From Mantamonas sphyraenae STR306 (Eukaryota > Protista > CRuMs): DNA of 64,000 nt. Shown here piece by piece: positions 1-12,024 of the stretch. Location of the stretch: the NCBI GenBank assembly GCA_026936335.1, contig JAPMXV010000034.1, positions 558,001-622,000 of the forward strand, in the 5' to 3' direction. The notes beneath the pieces were generated by a model, which did no database searches, was not told the DNA's origin, and saw only the letters and a program-made list of their open reading frames with translations. Every line of letters begins with the position of its first letter. Position 1 is the stretch's first letter. The translations under genes and the position numbers were made by a program.

Positions 1-877
1 CACCCGTGCGCCACTGGATGAGGCTCTGGCCGTTGGATGTGGTGCCCTCTGGAAACAGGATCAGGGGCGGAAACGGCCTCTCGGCGTGTCGTCGCTCCAC
101 AATCTGTGCCGTCAGGCCCGAACCCTTTGTCAGCTCAGCTATCTGCTTAGCCGTATACTCAGACGGGTCGTACTCCTCTGCCCGGGGCCGTGTAAACAGA
201 CACTGGATCGCTTTGGACACCGTGCCGATCACCGGCACGTTTTGAGTGCCGTCCCGTGCCACGAAACTCGTGAACAGCGTGCTCATCATCACCAGAATGT
301 CCAGATACGACACATGGTTGGCCACCACTGCCGCTTCAGGCACCTCATCCAATTCAGCCTGTGCACAACGTCCGTGCAGGAACCGGGACCGGTGGAACGC
401 GTGTCAGCTGGGTGAGTCGGAAGCACATCACACAGAACCCACACACACAGCCAGCAAAAGACTCACCTTGGCTTCCACGCCATACTCTTCAATCCAAACA
501 AAGCCCATGCAAAAGAGGATGCCTCGACAAACGATGTTGCTGACCACAGCCCGAATAAGCCAGAAGCGTGTCTTGTCCAGTGGCGTGCCGTCGTCACTCC
601 TACCCACCATGACCAGCTTGGTCCACACGTACGCCAATCCCAGCAAGAGCAACACACCCAATACGCGCACCAGGGCCACCGGGGCCATCACCACCAGCTG
701 CCACGACAAACACGCGGGAACGGCGTCGTCAGCAGCAGTTCAAGAACGGAAGGCCGCCTACCACCCTCACCTCACCTTGATCGTTTCATACCACCCAAAC
801 GGCCAATCAGTGCGTTTGAAAGGTGCCACGAGCTCGTCCGCAAGGCGCTCGTCCACCTGATCCGATGATGCGGCCAT
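1..877 (-). CDS. Lysophospholipid acyltransferase (LPCAT/LPEAT, PlsC family); 3' end runs off the window
   Basis: Spliced model 877-776, 697-467, 358-1 with GT-AG introns in phase. Translation contains the PlsC motifs ANHVSYLD and LFPEGTTSNG plus an N-terminal TM segment. Confidence 0.85.
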
Positions 878-967
878 CGATCGGTCTGGATTGGGCTGGC
901 CATCGCACAATCCAGCAATGTACGTATTGGTTCATTCTCCATCATTCCAACACCCTCCTGCTCCTCC

Positions 968-2710
968 CTACAGCGTCCCTTCGGCCCTTAATTCATCGCA
1001 GATGCGACTGGAGACATACCAGCCGCTGATCATGGCCGCAACAATGCCTCGGAAGCGACCAGCCATGTCACCAGGCATCCACACATCCATGCCCGGCACG
1101 TGTGTGTCCAATTTGAGGTGTTCGTCCACATTGGGATACCATCCCACCCCCTCGATGGTTGGCCCGACTGCACGCACCGTCTTGCTCTCCCGAAGCACCG
1201 GAAACTCCTCTGCCAAGGCACTGATGCCCTTGTACATCTCTCGCCTGAGAAGGGGTCCCACAGCCGCATCCATGCGTCCCACCGTCTCTTCGTCACCGTC
1301 AAACAGCTTGTGCAGTGGCAACTCAAAGTACACGTCCTCGTCCTGGCAGGCTGTAAACAGATGATCCATGGCCTTCTTGGCCAACGATCGGTCCATGACC
1401 CGTGTGTTGAACCCAATGTTGCTGATGCCCGTCGAGGGACAGTCCGAACGTCCGCTCACCGTCCACAACCCGTTGGTGCGTGTCAACACCGTCTCCCCGT
1501 TGCGGCACGCACAAAACGTGCGCCACTCCGTCTCTCCGTCCTCTTCGTACAACCTCAGCTTCGGGTCCAGTTGTTTAAAGTCCACAAAGAACGCTTGATC
1601 TGTGTCGTCCTCGATTCGAAACCCGATTTCCAGTCGTCGAAAGTGACTGTCCACGTCGATGATGGCTCCACCCTGGCCATTGGTCCCCTCAACGGCCCAA
1701 TCTTCTCCTTCTTCACCACTTGTCTCTTCAATGTCAAACTGCAGCGGACCAAAGCGACCCGTCGCCACAATCAGCTTGTCGCACGTCACCATCACAGGAT
1801 CTGACTCATCATCCTTGACTGTGGTGTGTGTGTGTGTGAGTGTGTGAGTGTGTGAGTGTGTGAGCATTCCTCAACATTCGCTCAACCATTGGGGTGCCAA
1901 CAACTCACCGATCCACAGAGTAAACCGGCCTGTGTCCTTGTTAAACGCATACTTGTCCACTGTGCTGCATGTCCACAGGGAGCCATGCTTGGGTGCACTC
2001 AAATCGGCAATCATTTGCAGACGTCCCTCGAGGGAGATGTGGTAGCTGGGGTAGTCCTTGAGATCCCACCGTTCCAAACTTTGCTGCTCCCGTGCCACGG
2101 CCACGGTGTTCTCCACCTGCCCACTCTTCACCTCCGCCTCTTCCTCCATCGTTTCCATCGACTGCGCCTCCTCCATCCCTTTCGATGGGTCCTCCTCCGT
2201 GCCGGGGGCCGTGCTCTCGCATGCGACGCTCTCGTCACTCATGGAACCTTCCGACGACGTCCCCGACGGCACCGACGAGTGTGAACTGTCTGATCCGGGC
2301 GAAAGGGAGCGAGGCTCATCTTGCTCCTCACCTGCCGCCTTGCCACCTGCGTTGCTCTCTTCTGTGTACACTGGCACGCGGATTTCGGGCAGCGCCTCTG
2401 CCAGCCACGCGTACGACTCTTTCAACAAGGCCTGGTCGCCCAGTTTCCACAGCTCCGTCGACGCCGGGAAGAAGGAAAACTTGCCGTCAGAGTAGAGACC
2501 CGCTCCACCCGCTCCGGCTGTGTTTTCGTGTGGCGAGTACCGGTCTCGTGCCCCGACGCTCTTTCCTGACTCCACCAGCAGCACCCGGCCCATCTTTTGC
2601 TCTTCAAAGTAGGCCAACGACGCCAAGCCTGCAGGCCCACCACCCACAATCACCACCTGATAGTGTTGCGGCTGACCCTGTGGGCCTTCCATGTACGGAG
2701 TGTCTGCCAT
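968..2710 (-). CDS. FAD-dependent oxidoreductase (COG2509/HI0933-like)
   Basis: VVIVGGGPAG Rossmann motif, GAGGAGLYSDGK, IVATGR and C-terminal GDMAGRFRGIVAAMISG. Intron 1819-1908 (GT...cacag) joins the two ORFs in frame. Confidence 0.8.
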
Positions 2711-2787
2711 GTGCGTGTGTGTGTGTGTGGGCTGTGTTGGAGCGACGGCCGCCCCAACCTCTCTTCTGTCCAGTCCTCCGTACGCAA

Positions 2788-5700
2788 ATGAGCAGCTCCA
2801 CGTCGGCTTCATCGCCGCAGGAGCGCATTGCCATTTGGATGGCTGAGCTTCAGGGGGAGCACAAGCACCAGGAGTTGGTGGTGGTTGCCGATGAGGAGCT
2901 GGTGCGCAGGTACCAATCCTACTCGCCGACCCTCTACGAAGTGGTGGCCACCGAGGCCTTCCTCGAGGGCATCCGGGCCTGGGCATGCACCAACTGGGTT
3001 GCAGACAGGATCCACCGCGACTGCACACTCCTCGTCTGCGACGACGATTCGTCAGCCGAGCCGCAGCGTGCGCAGGAAGAACGCGTCGTGGAAGGGGAGG
3101 AGGAGGAGGAGGGGCGGGAACAAGGAGGAGAGACACACTCAGACACTGCAGATGATACAGAATCACAGGCAAGAGATGAGAAACGGGCCACAGGCGATGC
3201 ATCGGGTCTGCTGCGTGTGTGTGTGTTGCGTCTGACCCCAGAGGGTGATCTGTTTTTTCGGCAGCACCCTGAAGGCGTGGTGCACGCGTATCCCCTGCTT
3301 CCAGAGCGCCTGGAGGACATCACAATGAGCCAGAATGGCCATGGCATCCGCATTCCGGCCTCTTGTTTTGCAATGGATCCCCAGGGCACAGAGGTGCATG
3401 TCCAGGGCGGCGACGAGTTGGCGGCCATTGTTCCTTCTCTGGCCGCCTTTCAGGAAGCACACCCGCAGCTCCACCTTGTGCCCGTGCACACCAGTGTGGC
3501 CGAGGAACTGCCTCGCATCAAACTTCTCATGTCCATGGACACCCTCATGCCCGGCGTGTCTGTCTATGACCTACTGGACAACCTCGAGTGCGTTTTTTCT
3601 CCTTGCTTCGCCTTGCCTGCCCCCCGCCAAAAGGGAAATTTTTTGGGCTCCTGTTCGTCCACTGACACGGTATGTGCAACCTCCCCCTTCCTCCCAACCC
3701 AACGCACGTGTGTATGCGCACACCACACATGGGCAGCCACTTGAAAGATCGGTTCTGCGACATGTACAAACTGAACCCAGAGGCACACCTTGCGCAGGAG
3801 GTTGCGTCGTTGGTGCGTTCGATCAAGTTCCACCTGCACTTGCTGGGGTATATCCGATCCTGGGACGACATGAACATCACCATGGACCAGGTGACCATTG
3901 ATGCCATGCTTGCGTTCAACGTGGCTGAAAAGGTGCGTGTGATGCAGAGTATGGCCCAGCTTGAAGGCGGCACGAGTCTCCTCGACGACCAGCTGGACAA
4001 CCCACCCAGTGAAATCGATGACCAAGCACCCAACAACAACAACAACAACAACCTTAACAACAACAACAATGGCAACGACGCAATCCACCACGACACTGTT
4101 GCCTCGTCCACCTCTCCTTCCACCGTCTCTGCCTCCTCCTCCTCCTCCTCCTCCACCTCCCCCGTCCCATCATCATCCGAGACGACGGCGGATGAGGTGG
4201 CCTCCACCAAGAGCAGCAGTCGTTCCAGCGTAACATCATCAACAACATCATCATCGGCGTCCACGGTGGCGTTTGACCCACGTGATGTTGCGATCCAGAT
4301 GAATGCGTTGAACCTGACCACGCTGAAGGAGACCGAGGAGATGGAGTCGTTTCTGCATTGGGTCAACCAGACGCCGGAAGACATGAACCCCGTGGGGTAT
4401 GCTCTGTTGCAACGCAGACTGACGGAAGCCATCCACAGGTTGAGCAAGTGTGGATTCCAACAGCCGCAGGACGAGCTGCGGGATGGGGTCAACGTGGGTG
4501 TGGCCGCACAGTTGATTCGAGCCTTTCAAAAGTCGCAGAACCTGGCTGTGACGGGGGTGTTTGACGTGGACACCATGCGCACACTGTTGCGGCAGGTGAA
4601 ACAGCAGAAGAGGGCGTTGGTGCGTCGTCTCAAGCGCGAAGACACCATCATGGACATCCTCAAGATTGCCCCCGAGTTCAACGTCAAGTGGTATCAGAAG
4701 GCCATGGTGACGCGACAGGCACAGATCACTGTGCTCACCAGTGCACGCCAGTTCCGTGTGCGCAAGGAGGGCAAATCCTCGTGGAGGGTCTATCACGGCG
4801 CAACCATTGTCAAGGTCGAAAAGTGGGCCGACAAACAGTCGGAACGCAAGCTGTACATTCACATCGACCGCACACGGCGCAGCAGTGCGGCCGTGGGCCC
4901 AATGGTGGATGGCGATAGGAAGCAATCGACGACGGCAACGACGGGGATGGGGACCGGGATGGGTGGCAGCCCACGCACCAGTGTGGTAGGAACACAGGCG
5001 GTGGGGACAAGGCCAAAGTGACTGCCGTGGCCAATGTGGGTGGCTCACGCTCGCCTTCCATCTCTGTGGACAACCAAAGCGACGGCGGCGGTGGTGGTGG
5101 TGGTGGGACCACGGGCGAGACGATTGAGGAGACGGAAGAGTACGAAGTGCTCAAGTTTAAGTTCACCACGGTGACGGAACGGGAACACTTTTGTCTGCTG
5201 CTGGACATGCTGCGTCCGGAAACCCCGTTTCTGACCTACCCACGCGCTGTGAACCACATCGAACGAGCACAGCGGCACCAACGCCTGTCCATCTTCACCG
5301 GCACATGGAACATGGGCAACATCAGCGAGATGGACATGAGCCAGCTGGGGCTGTGGATACCGTGTTCACCCACGGGGCTACGGTACGACGTGTATGCAAT
5401 TGGGGTGCAGGAGAACTCCATGGACGACAAGACGTGGTGGAACACCTTGGAAGCACACCTGGGTGTGCAGTATGTGCGTGTGCAAGAGGTGTCCCTGTGG
5501 CAAATCTCACTGGTGGTGTTTGTGCACCGTCGACTGTGGCCGTTTGTGTCGTGTGTGGAGGTGGGCAAGGTGACCACCGGGGTGGGACAGGTGATGGGCA
5601 ACAAGGGAGGCGTGGGCGTGGCCTTCCATCTCTACGACACCCCCGTGGTGTTTGTGGCCGCCCATCTCGCCGCACACTCGGAGTATCTCAAGGCACGCAA

Positions 5701-8557
5701 CGAGAACGTGCAACGCATCCTGGAGAATCTGCGCTTCCGCTTCACCTCGGTGGACATCACCCAACAGTACGAGCATGTGTTTTGGATGGGCGATCTCAAC
5801 TACCGTTTGGAGGGCATCGACAAACAGAGTGTGGCCGACCTGGCCCTGCGACAAAAGTTCAGCAAACTGGCCACCTACGACCAGTTGGCCAAGGAGATGG
5901 CCGCCGGGCATGTCTTTTTTGGCTTCCAGGAGGCACACAAGGCGTTTGCACCCACCTACAAGTTTTCACGCAAGGAGGGCAAGTGCGAACAGTACGACAA
6001 CAAGCGCGTGGCCTCGTACACGGACAGGGTGTTGTATCATACCCTGAGTCCCCAGAAGCTGTCTGTGCTGGAGTATAACGCCGTCATGGACATCCACGAC
6101 AGCGACCACCGACCCGTCTACTGCATCTTTGCCATGGATTTGGTGGCTCGTCCGGATACGGTGCACTCGGAGGACCAGGAGCAGGTGTGTGAGCTGGTGG
6201 TCTCGGGTCTGCGTGTCGAGGAGACTCAGTTTCCCCTCAAGCAAACTATGTACGCACAGCTGCTGTCCACTGTCTTTGAGGGCGAAGTGTCCACAGAGAG
6301 CAAACGCATGGACAGTGCCACGGGTGGTGGGAGCATGCATGTGTATGATGACAAGACATCTGGAGCCGGTGGCGGTGGGTCAGGTGGCAAGGGAGGTGCT
6401 ACAACAACGTCATCAGGAGGAGGAGGAGGAGGAGGAGGAGGAAGCGCAAGCACCGGCGCTGGTGCATCATCCAGCAGCAGTGGAGGCAGCAGTAACACCG
6501 AGACGTGTTGGAACACGGTTGTGGTGTTGCCCTTTGTCAAGATGGCGTCGCGGCTTGCAAACGAGGTGTTGATCATCAAGGTGTTGGCGGTGCATGACCT
6601 GTTCACCGACTCGTTGCTGGGTGCAGCCACGGTGCCACTGCGTGAAGCGTGTGGGGACGAACCACGCGAGGTGGTGGTGCCCCTCACCCTCAATGGCATC
6701 CCTGTGGGTGTGTTGCGCGGGGTGTTTCACCTGCGTTGGAAGCGACACATGTTCACCAAACAGATGTCCTTCTTGGTGCAGGAACACAGTGAGGTGGGCC
6801 TCGATTGCATTGCCAAGGTCAGCGAGGAGACTCTGAGTTGGAAGAGCAACTCGGCTTCCTCTCGCTTTCAACGTGCTTCTGTCTCCTCCACCTCCTCCAC
6901 CTCCTCCGGCAACAGCAGCAGTGTGGACCAGCTTTTGTCCGGCGATGCCCACGGTGTCCAACGTCTCATGGACTTGGACAGGGCGTTGACGGCCAAGAAG
7001 GTATGGGGCCGTGGTGGTGGCGGTGCTGGCGACGCCGTCGTCAACGAAGTGCACCAGGAACTGGAGACCCGCAAACGCAGCATGAGTCTGCGTGAGAAGC
7101 TGGGCAGCAAACTGGGCAGGGATAGGTCGGATAGCACGTCGGTGGGCTCGGGTGAGGTGCTCATTGCGTACTGGTCTCGTGATGACGATGCCAGCAGTCT
7201 GGCTGAGACTGCAAGTTTGCCAAGTGACGCCGGCTTCTCGACATTGGACGAAGCCGAAGAGTTTGGGCTGGAAGTGGTGGAAGAGAAGGAGGAGGGTGAT
7301 GGGGGTGAAGGGGGTGGTGGTGGGGAGGGCGAAGAGAGCGTGGAGGAGGACGGGTACAATGCGAGCCGTGACGACGACGAGTCTGCGACAGACGAAGTCA
7401 CAGTGTACGGCGATGACATAAGCGAGGTAACATCGAACAGTGGGGTGGAAGAGGAGGAGACAGAAGAGGGGGAGGAGGGGGAGGAGGAGGGAGGCGATTT
7501 GACACCGGGAGGAGGAGGGAAACGATTGATGGGGGAGCTGGTGGACGACAAGGCCGTTCAATTGGGCAGACTGAGCAACTTTGAGGAACAGCTGTCTGTG
7601 TCATCGTCGGGCATGGAACATGTGGATGGGAAAGGAGGGGTGGCAAACGAAGGAGGGGCAGCAGCAGGGAGGGCATTGACGGGGTCGTCGTCAGGCAACC
7701 TGATGGTGGAACAAAGCGAAGGAGGCAGGTATGTGGTGTTGGAAACGGCAGGAGACCTGAGTGTGAGTGTGGATCTGTTGCCCATTGCGGTGTACTGGGT
7801 CAACGGATCGGTGGAGAGCTGGTCGGTCATGATTGTGTTGCTTGAGTGCAACATTCTGTTCCGCAACATGCAGCTGAGCTGGGCCGAGGTGTATGGTCAG
7901 TCGTACCTGGAACTGGGCAACGGCATTGTGCCGCTGATGATGCATCATGGCGAACGACTGATGGGCACCATGTCCATCTGTTTGTTCCTGGAAAACGAGT
8001 ATGAGTGGGTGCACCTATTGCCTGAGGACGACGACAACCGCTCGCAAGCCCTGGCCCTGTGTTCCAAGACCCAGCAATTGCATGCACTGTGCACAGAAGC
8101 CGTGGTGTTGATGAGTGGCCTGCAGGGACTCAAGCGCAGAGCACTGGAATCGCAGCTGGAGCTGGTCAACGAACACAATGCGAAGATTTTAGTGGAGCTG
8201 CTGGGGTGGGAGGACCAATTGCGTGAGGTGGAGGACAGCATGGTGCAGTTTGGAGACGAGAGCGATGATGAGGACGGGGTGTTTATGACGGGCAGTCGCT
8301 TCACCCTGGTCGATGCCCTCTTCTTTCCCCTGCTGGCTCTGTGTGTGCGCAACACAAGCTCCATGGCCTCTTCTAGCCAGATTCTCAGCCACGTGCCCCG
8401 TCTGGCCCGATACTACGATCTGTGCTGTCGTCGCGATGTGATTCGACACACGTATCCGCTGAACATGAACCTGTGCGACGATTCCGGAGCTGTACGAGAG
8501 GCTGTGGTGCTGGAGGACCTAAAGTCCAGGCGTGTGGAGGGTTGTTTGGTGCAGTAG
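2788..8557 (+). CDS. SHIP-like inositol polyphosphate 5-phosphatase with N-terminal STB6-like and PG-binding-like regions, PH-like and C2 domains and a C-terminal GST-like domain
   Basis: IPPc motifs IFTGTWNMG, GNKGGV, FWMGDLNYR, PTYK, SYTDRVL, SDHRPV. Intron 3588-3736 is in phase. One frame break at ~5015 falls inside the PH-like region (EREHFCLLL resembles SHIP KREGFCQLL). Confidence 0.8.
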
Positions 8558-8619
8558 TGACAAGGACAGAGACGGATAATGGACACATTTTGGTTGCATT
8601 GGCCAGTGGATTGCGCCGC

Positions 8620-9760
8620 TCAGAACGAGGCATCATCTTGCCACTCGGGCCACGGTTGGCACCGGAAGCCGGTCTTGCTGACCTTGCTAAAGATGCCTCC
8701 GTGGTGGACAGCGCTGGTTACGGTGAGCTTCTGCTGGTCGCGGTCAAAGTGCACGTCAAACACGTCTGGGTGGGAGCGCAGACAGTGGTTGATGAGAATC
8801 TCAAAGTCGTCGTCGCCTTCGTCGTCCACAAGCATTTCCGTGTCGTGGACAGTGAGCACAATGACGGGAATGCCTTGTTTGTCGATCACATTGGCCAGGC
8901 GGTTGGAAAAGGCGATGGTCGGTGTGATGACATGTGGGGTCAGTTCGTTGACCAGCGCCTCCTCGAGCATGAGTTCGACACGCGTCGACTTGTGCTTGGC
9001 ACTGATCCTGTTCTTCTTTTTGCGTTTGCGTCGTTCCGACTCCATGTCTCCTGTGCGTGCACTCCTGACCAGCTCCTCTTCGCTGGTGGTAGAATCCATG
9101 GACGAGCCGCTGAGGGTGCTTTCCTCAAACGAGGGCAGGCTTGCATCGCTTGTTCCCCCGTAAAAATTGCTTGCGCCAGGTGACATCTCCACATGGGCCA
9201 TGGCATCCACACTGACTCCTCGTGGCGTCACTGCCCCTGTGCTACCACGCAGACTGTCTTCTTCGTCTGCATCGGCGGCCGCCTCTTCGTCTTCCGGATC
9301 CTCATCCTCATCGTCGTCGTCCTCTTCCTCATCCTCATCCTCGTCTCGCTGCACGTCCAAATCGTCTCCGTGCTTGGCCCGTGACAGCCTCCTCTTGATG
9401 CTCTGGATGCCTGCTGCATGGTCATCCTTGCCGCGGTACGCGTCATCATCGCCGCCGTCGTCGTACGGATCCTGTTCGTCGTTGTCATCGTTATCATCCA
9501 ATCCATCTGCAAGCGATCGCATCCCCTCGGGTGAGCTTCCCAGACGCCTGCGTGCCTCGTCACGATCCAACAAGTCTGCACCCAACAGCCTGCCCGCGTG
9601 TTCATCCTTGCTGCTGCTCCTGCCCATGATGTTTCGTCGACGTGACATGTCTCGTACAGCCGTGGTGATCTCTTCCTCTTCTTCAATAAGTTCCATGCCC
9701 TTGGCTGCTGCTAGGCCGGTGCGTACCATGGGCACTGTCAAGAAATTGTTACTCTGCTGC

Positions 9761-9802
<42 letters not shown>

Positions 9803-11883
9803 AGATGCCTGCCATCTAGACGTGGTTCCGGCAGGGCCTTGGTCAGGTCGTCGTCACTGAGGCTGTTGGGCAGCGAGGTGGTGCGTCGCAAGTGCTTCTG
9901 CTCTGAAGAGGGACTATCGCTGTCCTGCGTCTTGCTCTGCATATTGTTGTTGTTGTTGTTGGTTGTGTTGCTGCTACTGCTCTTCCTCATGACCTTGTTG
10001 TGATTGTTGTTGCTGTTGTTGTTGGTACCCGCGCCGCTGGCATGGCTGCCAGTGAGCATCTTGACGGAACGAGACATGGTGCCACGGCTGGCGTGGTTTG
10101 AGCCATCGTTGCTGAGACGCACAAAGCGTGTCTTGTCAAACATGCGTCCACTCTTCATCATGTGCTTCAGGTGCATCTTGCGCTCAGCAGAGGTGGGGTT
10201 GTACACAAAGTTGTCCAGATCCATGTCGGGCAGTGGGGCATAAATTATTACAAGGTCGCGGGTGGTGGACAGTTGGAATGCAGTGACTTCAGGCAGACTG
10301 CCCAACAGGGTCACCAGCTGCTGTGCCATCTTGCCCGTTTTGGTCATTCGCATGTAGATCTTGGTGCACACGGTTTGGATGAACGAGTTCAGTTCCAGGA
10401 ATGACAGGATGTGCGGGTTGTGGAACGCTTCCGGTTCCAACAACAAACTCTCCAGCACCTCTTCCGCAAACAGGCGGCAGGTGGCGTTGAACGAGGTCAG
10501 ATCCGCCGACGAGGAGGACATCCCCGACGACGAGCTGCGCTTGTTGCGTGTGGTCAAACTCGGTGGATTGCTCACACACTGCACAAGGTGGGACTCACTG
10601 TTCAGCAGCTGTTCATACAGGGTGGCAAACGTGGACGCACTCTTCCACATGGACCACGACAAGTGACCACACTCTACAACCACTTGGTACTCCTGCGGGG
10701 CATGGGAACGGGTACAGGTAAGGCAAGCCAAGGGGGCATTTACACAGAAGCGAGTGAGCGTGTGAGTGTGTGCACGTGGCTTGGGTCTGTGTGTGTGTTT
10801 TGGCCGTCGGTGGAGTTTGGTGTATCGCGCACTTTTTCGGTGGTGCTTTCCATGGAGCGGCATGGAGGCATGTGTGGCACATGCACAGGGACAGGGGGAG
10901 ACAGGAAAGGCAGGAGACACTTGGTGGGCGAGGGGGGGGAGGGCATTGGGAAGGGGTATCATACAACTCACCTGCTCTGCGTGGAGGTTTTGACGCTCGT
11001 CGTGGATGTAGGTGAGGACACCGCCACGGTGGAGCATGAGTTGCAGCGAGTCGACAACCATCTGCGCACACGGGGGTTAGGGTCATAGGGGATGGGGCAA
11101 TGAGATGTGTACAACACATCACAGTGTGTGTGTGTGTGTGTGTGTGTGTGTACAGGGAGGGAGAAGGGCGAGGTGTGAGCCAACCGGGAGGTTTCGCGTT
11201 TTCCGATACGAACAAAGGAAACGGGCTAGGAACGGACCTCACGGGTGGGTACAGAGCCTGGGGCAAAGAGGAAGTCTTGGAAGATGGTGCTACTGACGAC
11301 AGTGTCGACTTCAAGCAGCTGGCGAAGGTACAGGTTGAGGGAATGCTGGCGTTTGCCGACAGAGGAGCCAGGTCCCCAGCGCGAAGGAAATGTCGAAGCG
11401 AACTTGTTGCGTGGGAACTGTTTGTTGATCTGAGGAAGGGCCAGGGAGGATAGGGGATGGGTCAATGGGATGCAAGGCATGCAGGCATGGGGTCCATGGG
11501 GTGAGTATGGGCGTGTGTGTGGGGGGAGAGGGGGTTGGGGTGGGGAAGGTAAAACTCACGGCGTCGCTGAACGAAGAGAACTCGGAGAAGCGGCGCATGG
11601 TACGCATGGTGGAATAGGCCACCTTGATTTCAATGACAAAGGCCTGTGTGTGTGTGTGTGTGGTGGGTGGTGGTGGTGTGTGTGTGGGGGGGACGGTGGA
11701 GAAGCGTTGAGGAGAGGGAAGGGGAAGTGGGGGCAGGTGTGAGCGATTGGGGGTCCCGCGGTTACGAAAGGGTTAGGGCAGGGGACTCACCGTGTATGCC
11801 TTGCCCGTGTTGGGATCGGTCATGATTTGGTTGCCCACCACCTGTACAGACTCGGGTATGGTGAGTCCGGTGGTGAGACTCAT
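8620..11883 (-). CDS. Multi-exon tandem PX-domain protein with polyQ/acidic linker and HMA-like C-terminal domain
   Basis: Exons read GKAYT/AFVIEIKV..RRFSEF..FPSRW..KRQHSLNLYLRQLL..FQDFL (PX). A second PX-like unit reads EYQVVV..WKSASTFATLYEQL..HILSFLEL. CAG tract at ~9755-9803. Internal exon boundaries are partly uncertain. Confidence 0.65.
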
Positions 11884-12024
11884 CAGTGTGTGCGTGTGGG
11901 TGTGCAGTGACCTCTGTTGGCCGCAGCCGAGCACAGACAAGAGAACATGGAGAAGAAGAGAGAGAGAGAGTGTGTGTGTGTTGTGGCTTAGCCCCCCTTT
12001 TAGTTGAATGGTGTACCGAGTTGT

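Noticed and set aside
903-945. LPCAT start 22 bp after the upstream stop
   Set aside because: Those ATGs are out of frame with the conserved exon; the in-frame start is 877.
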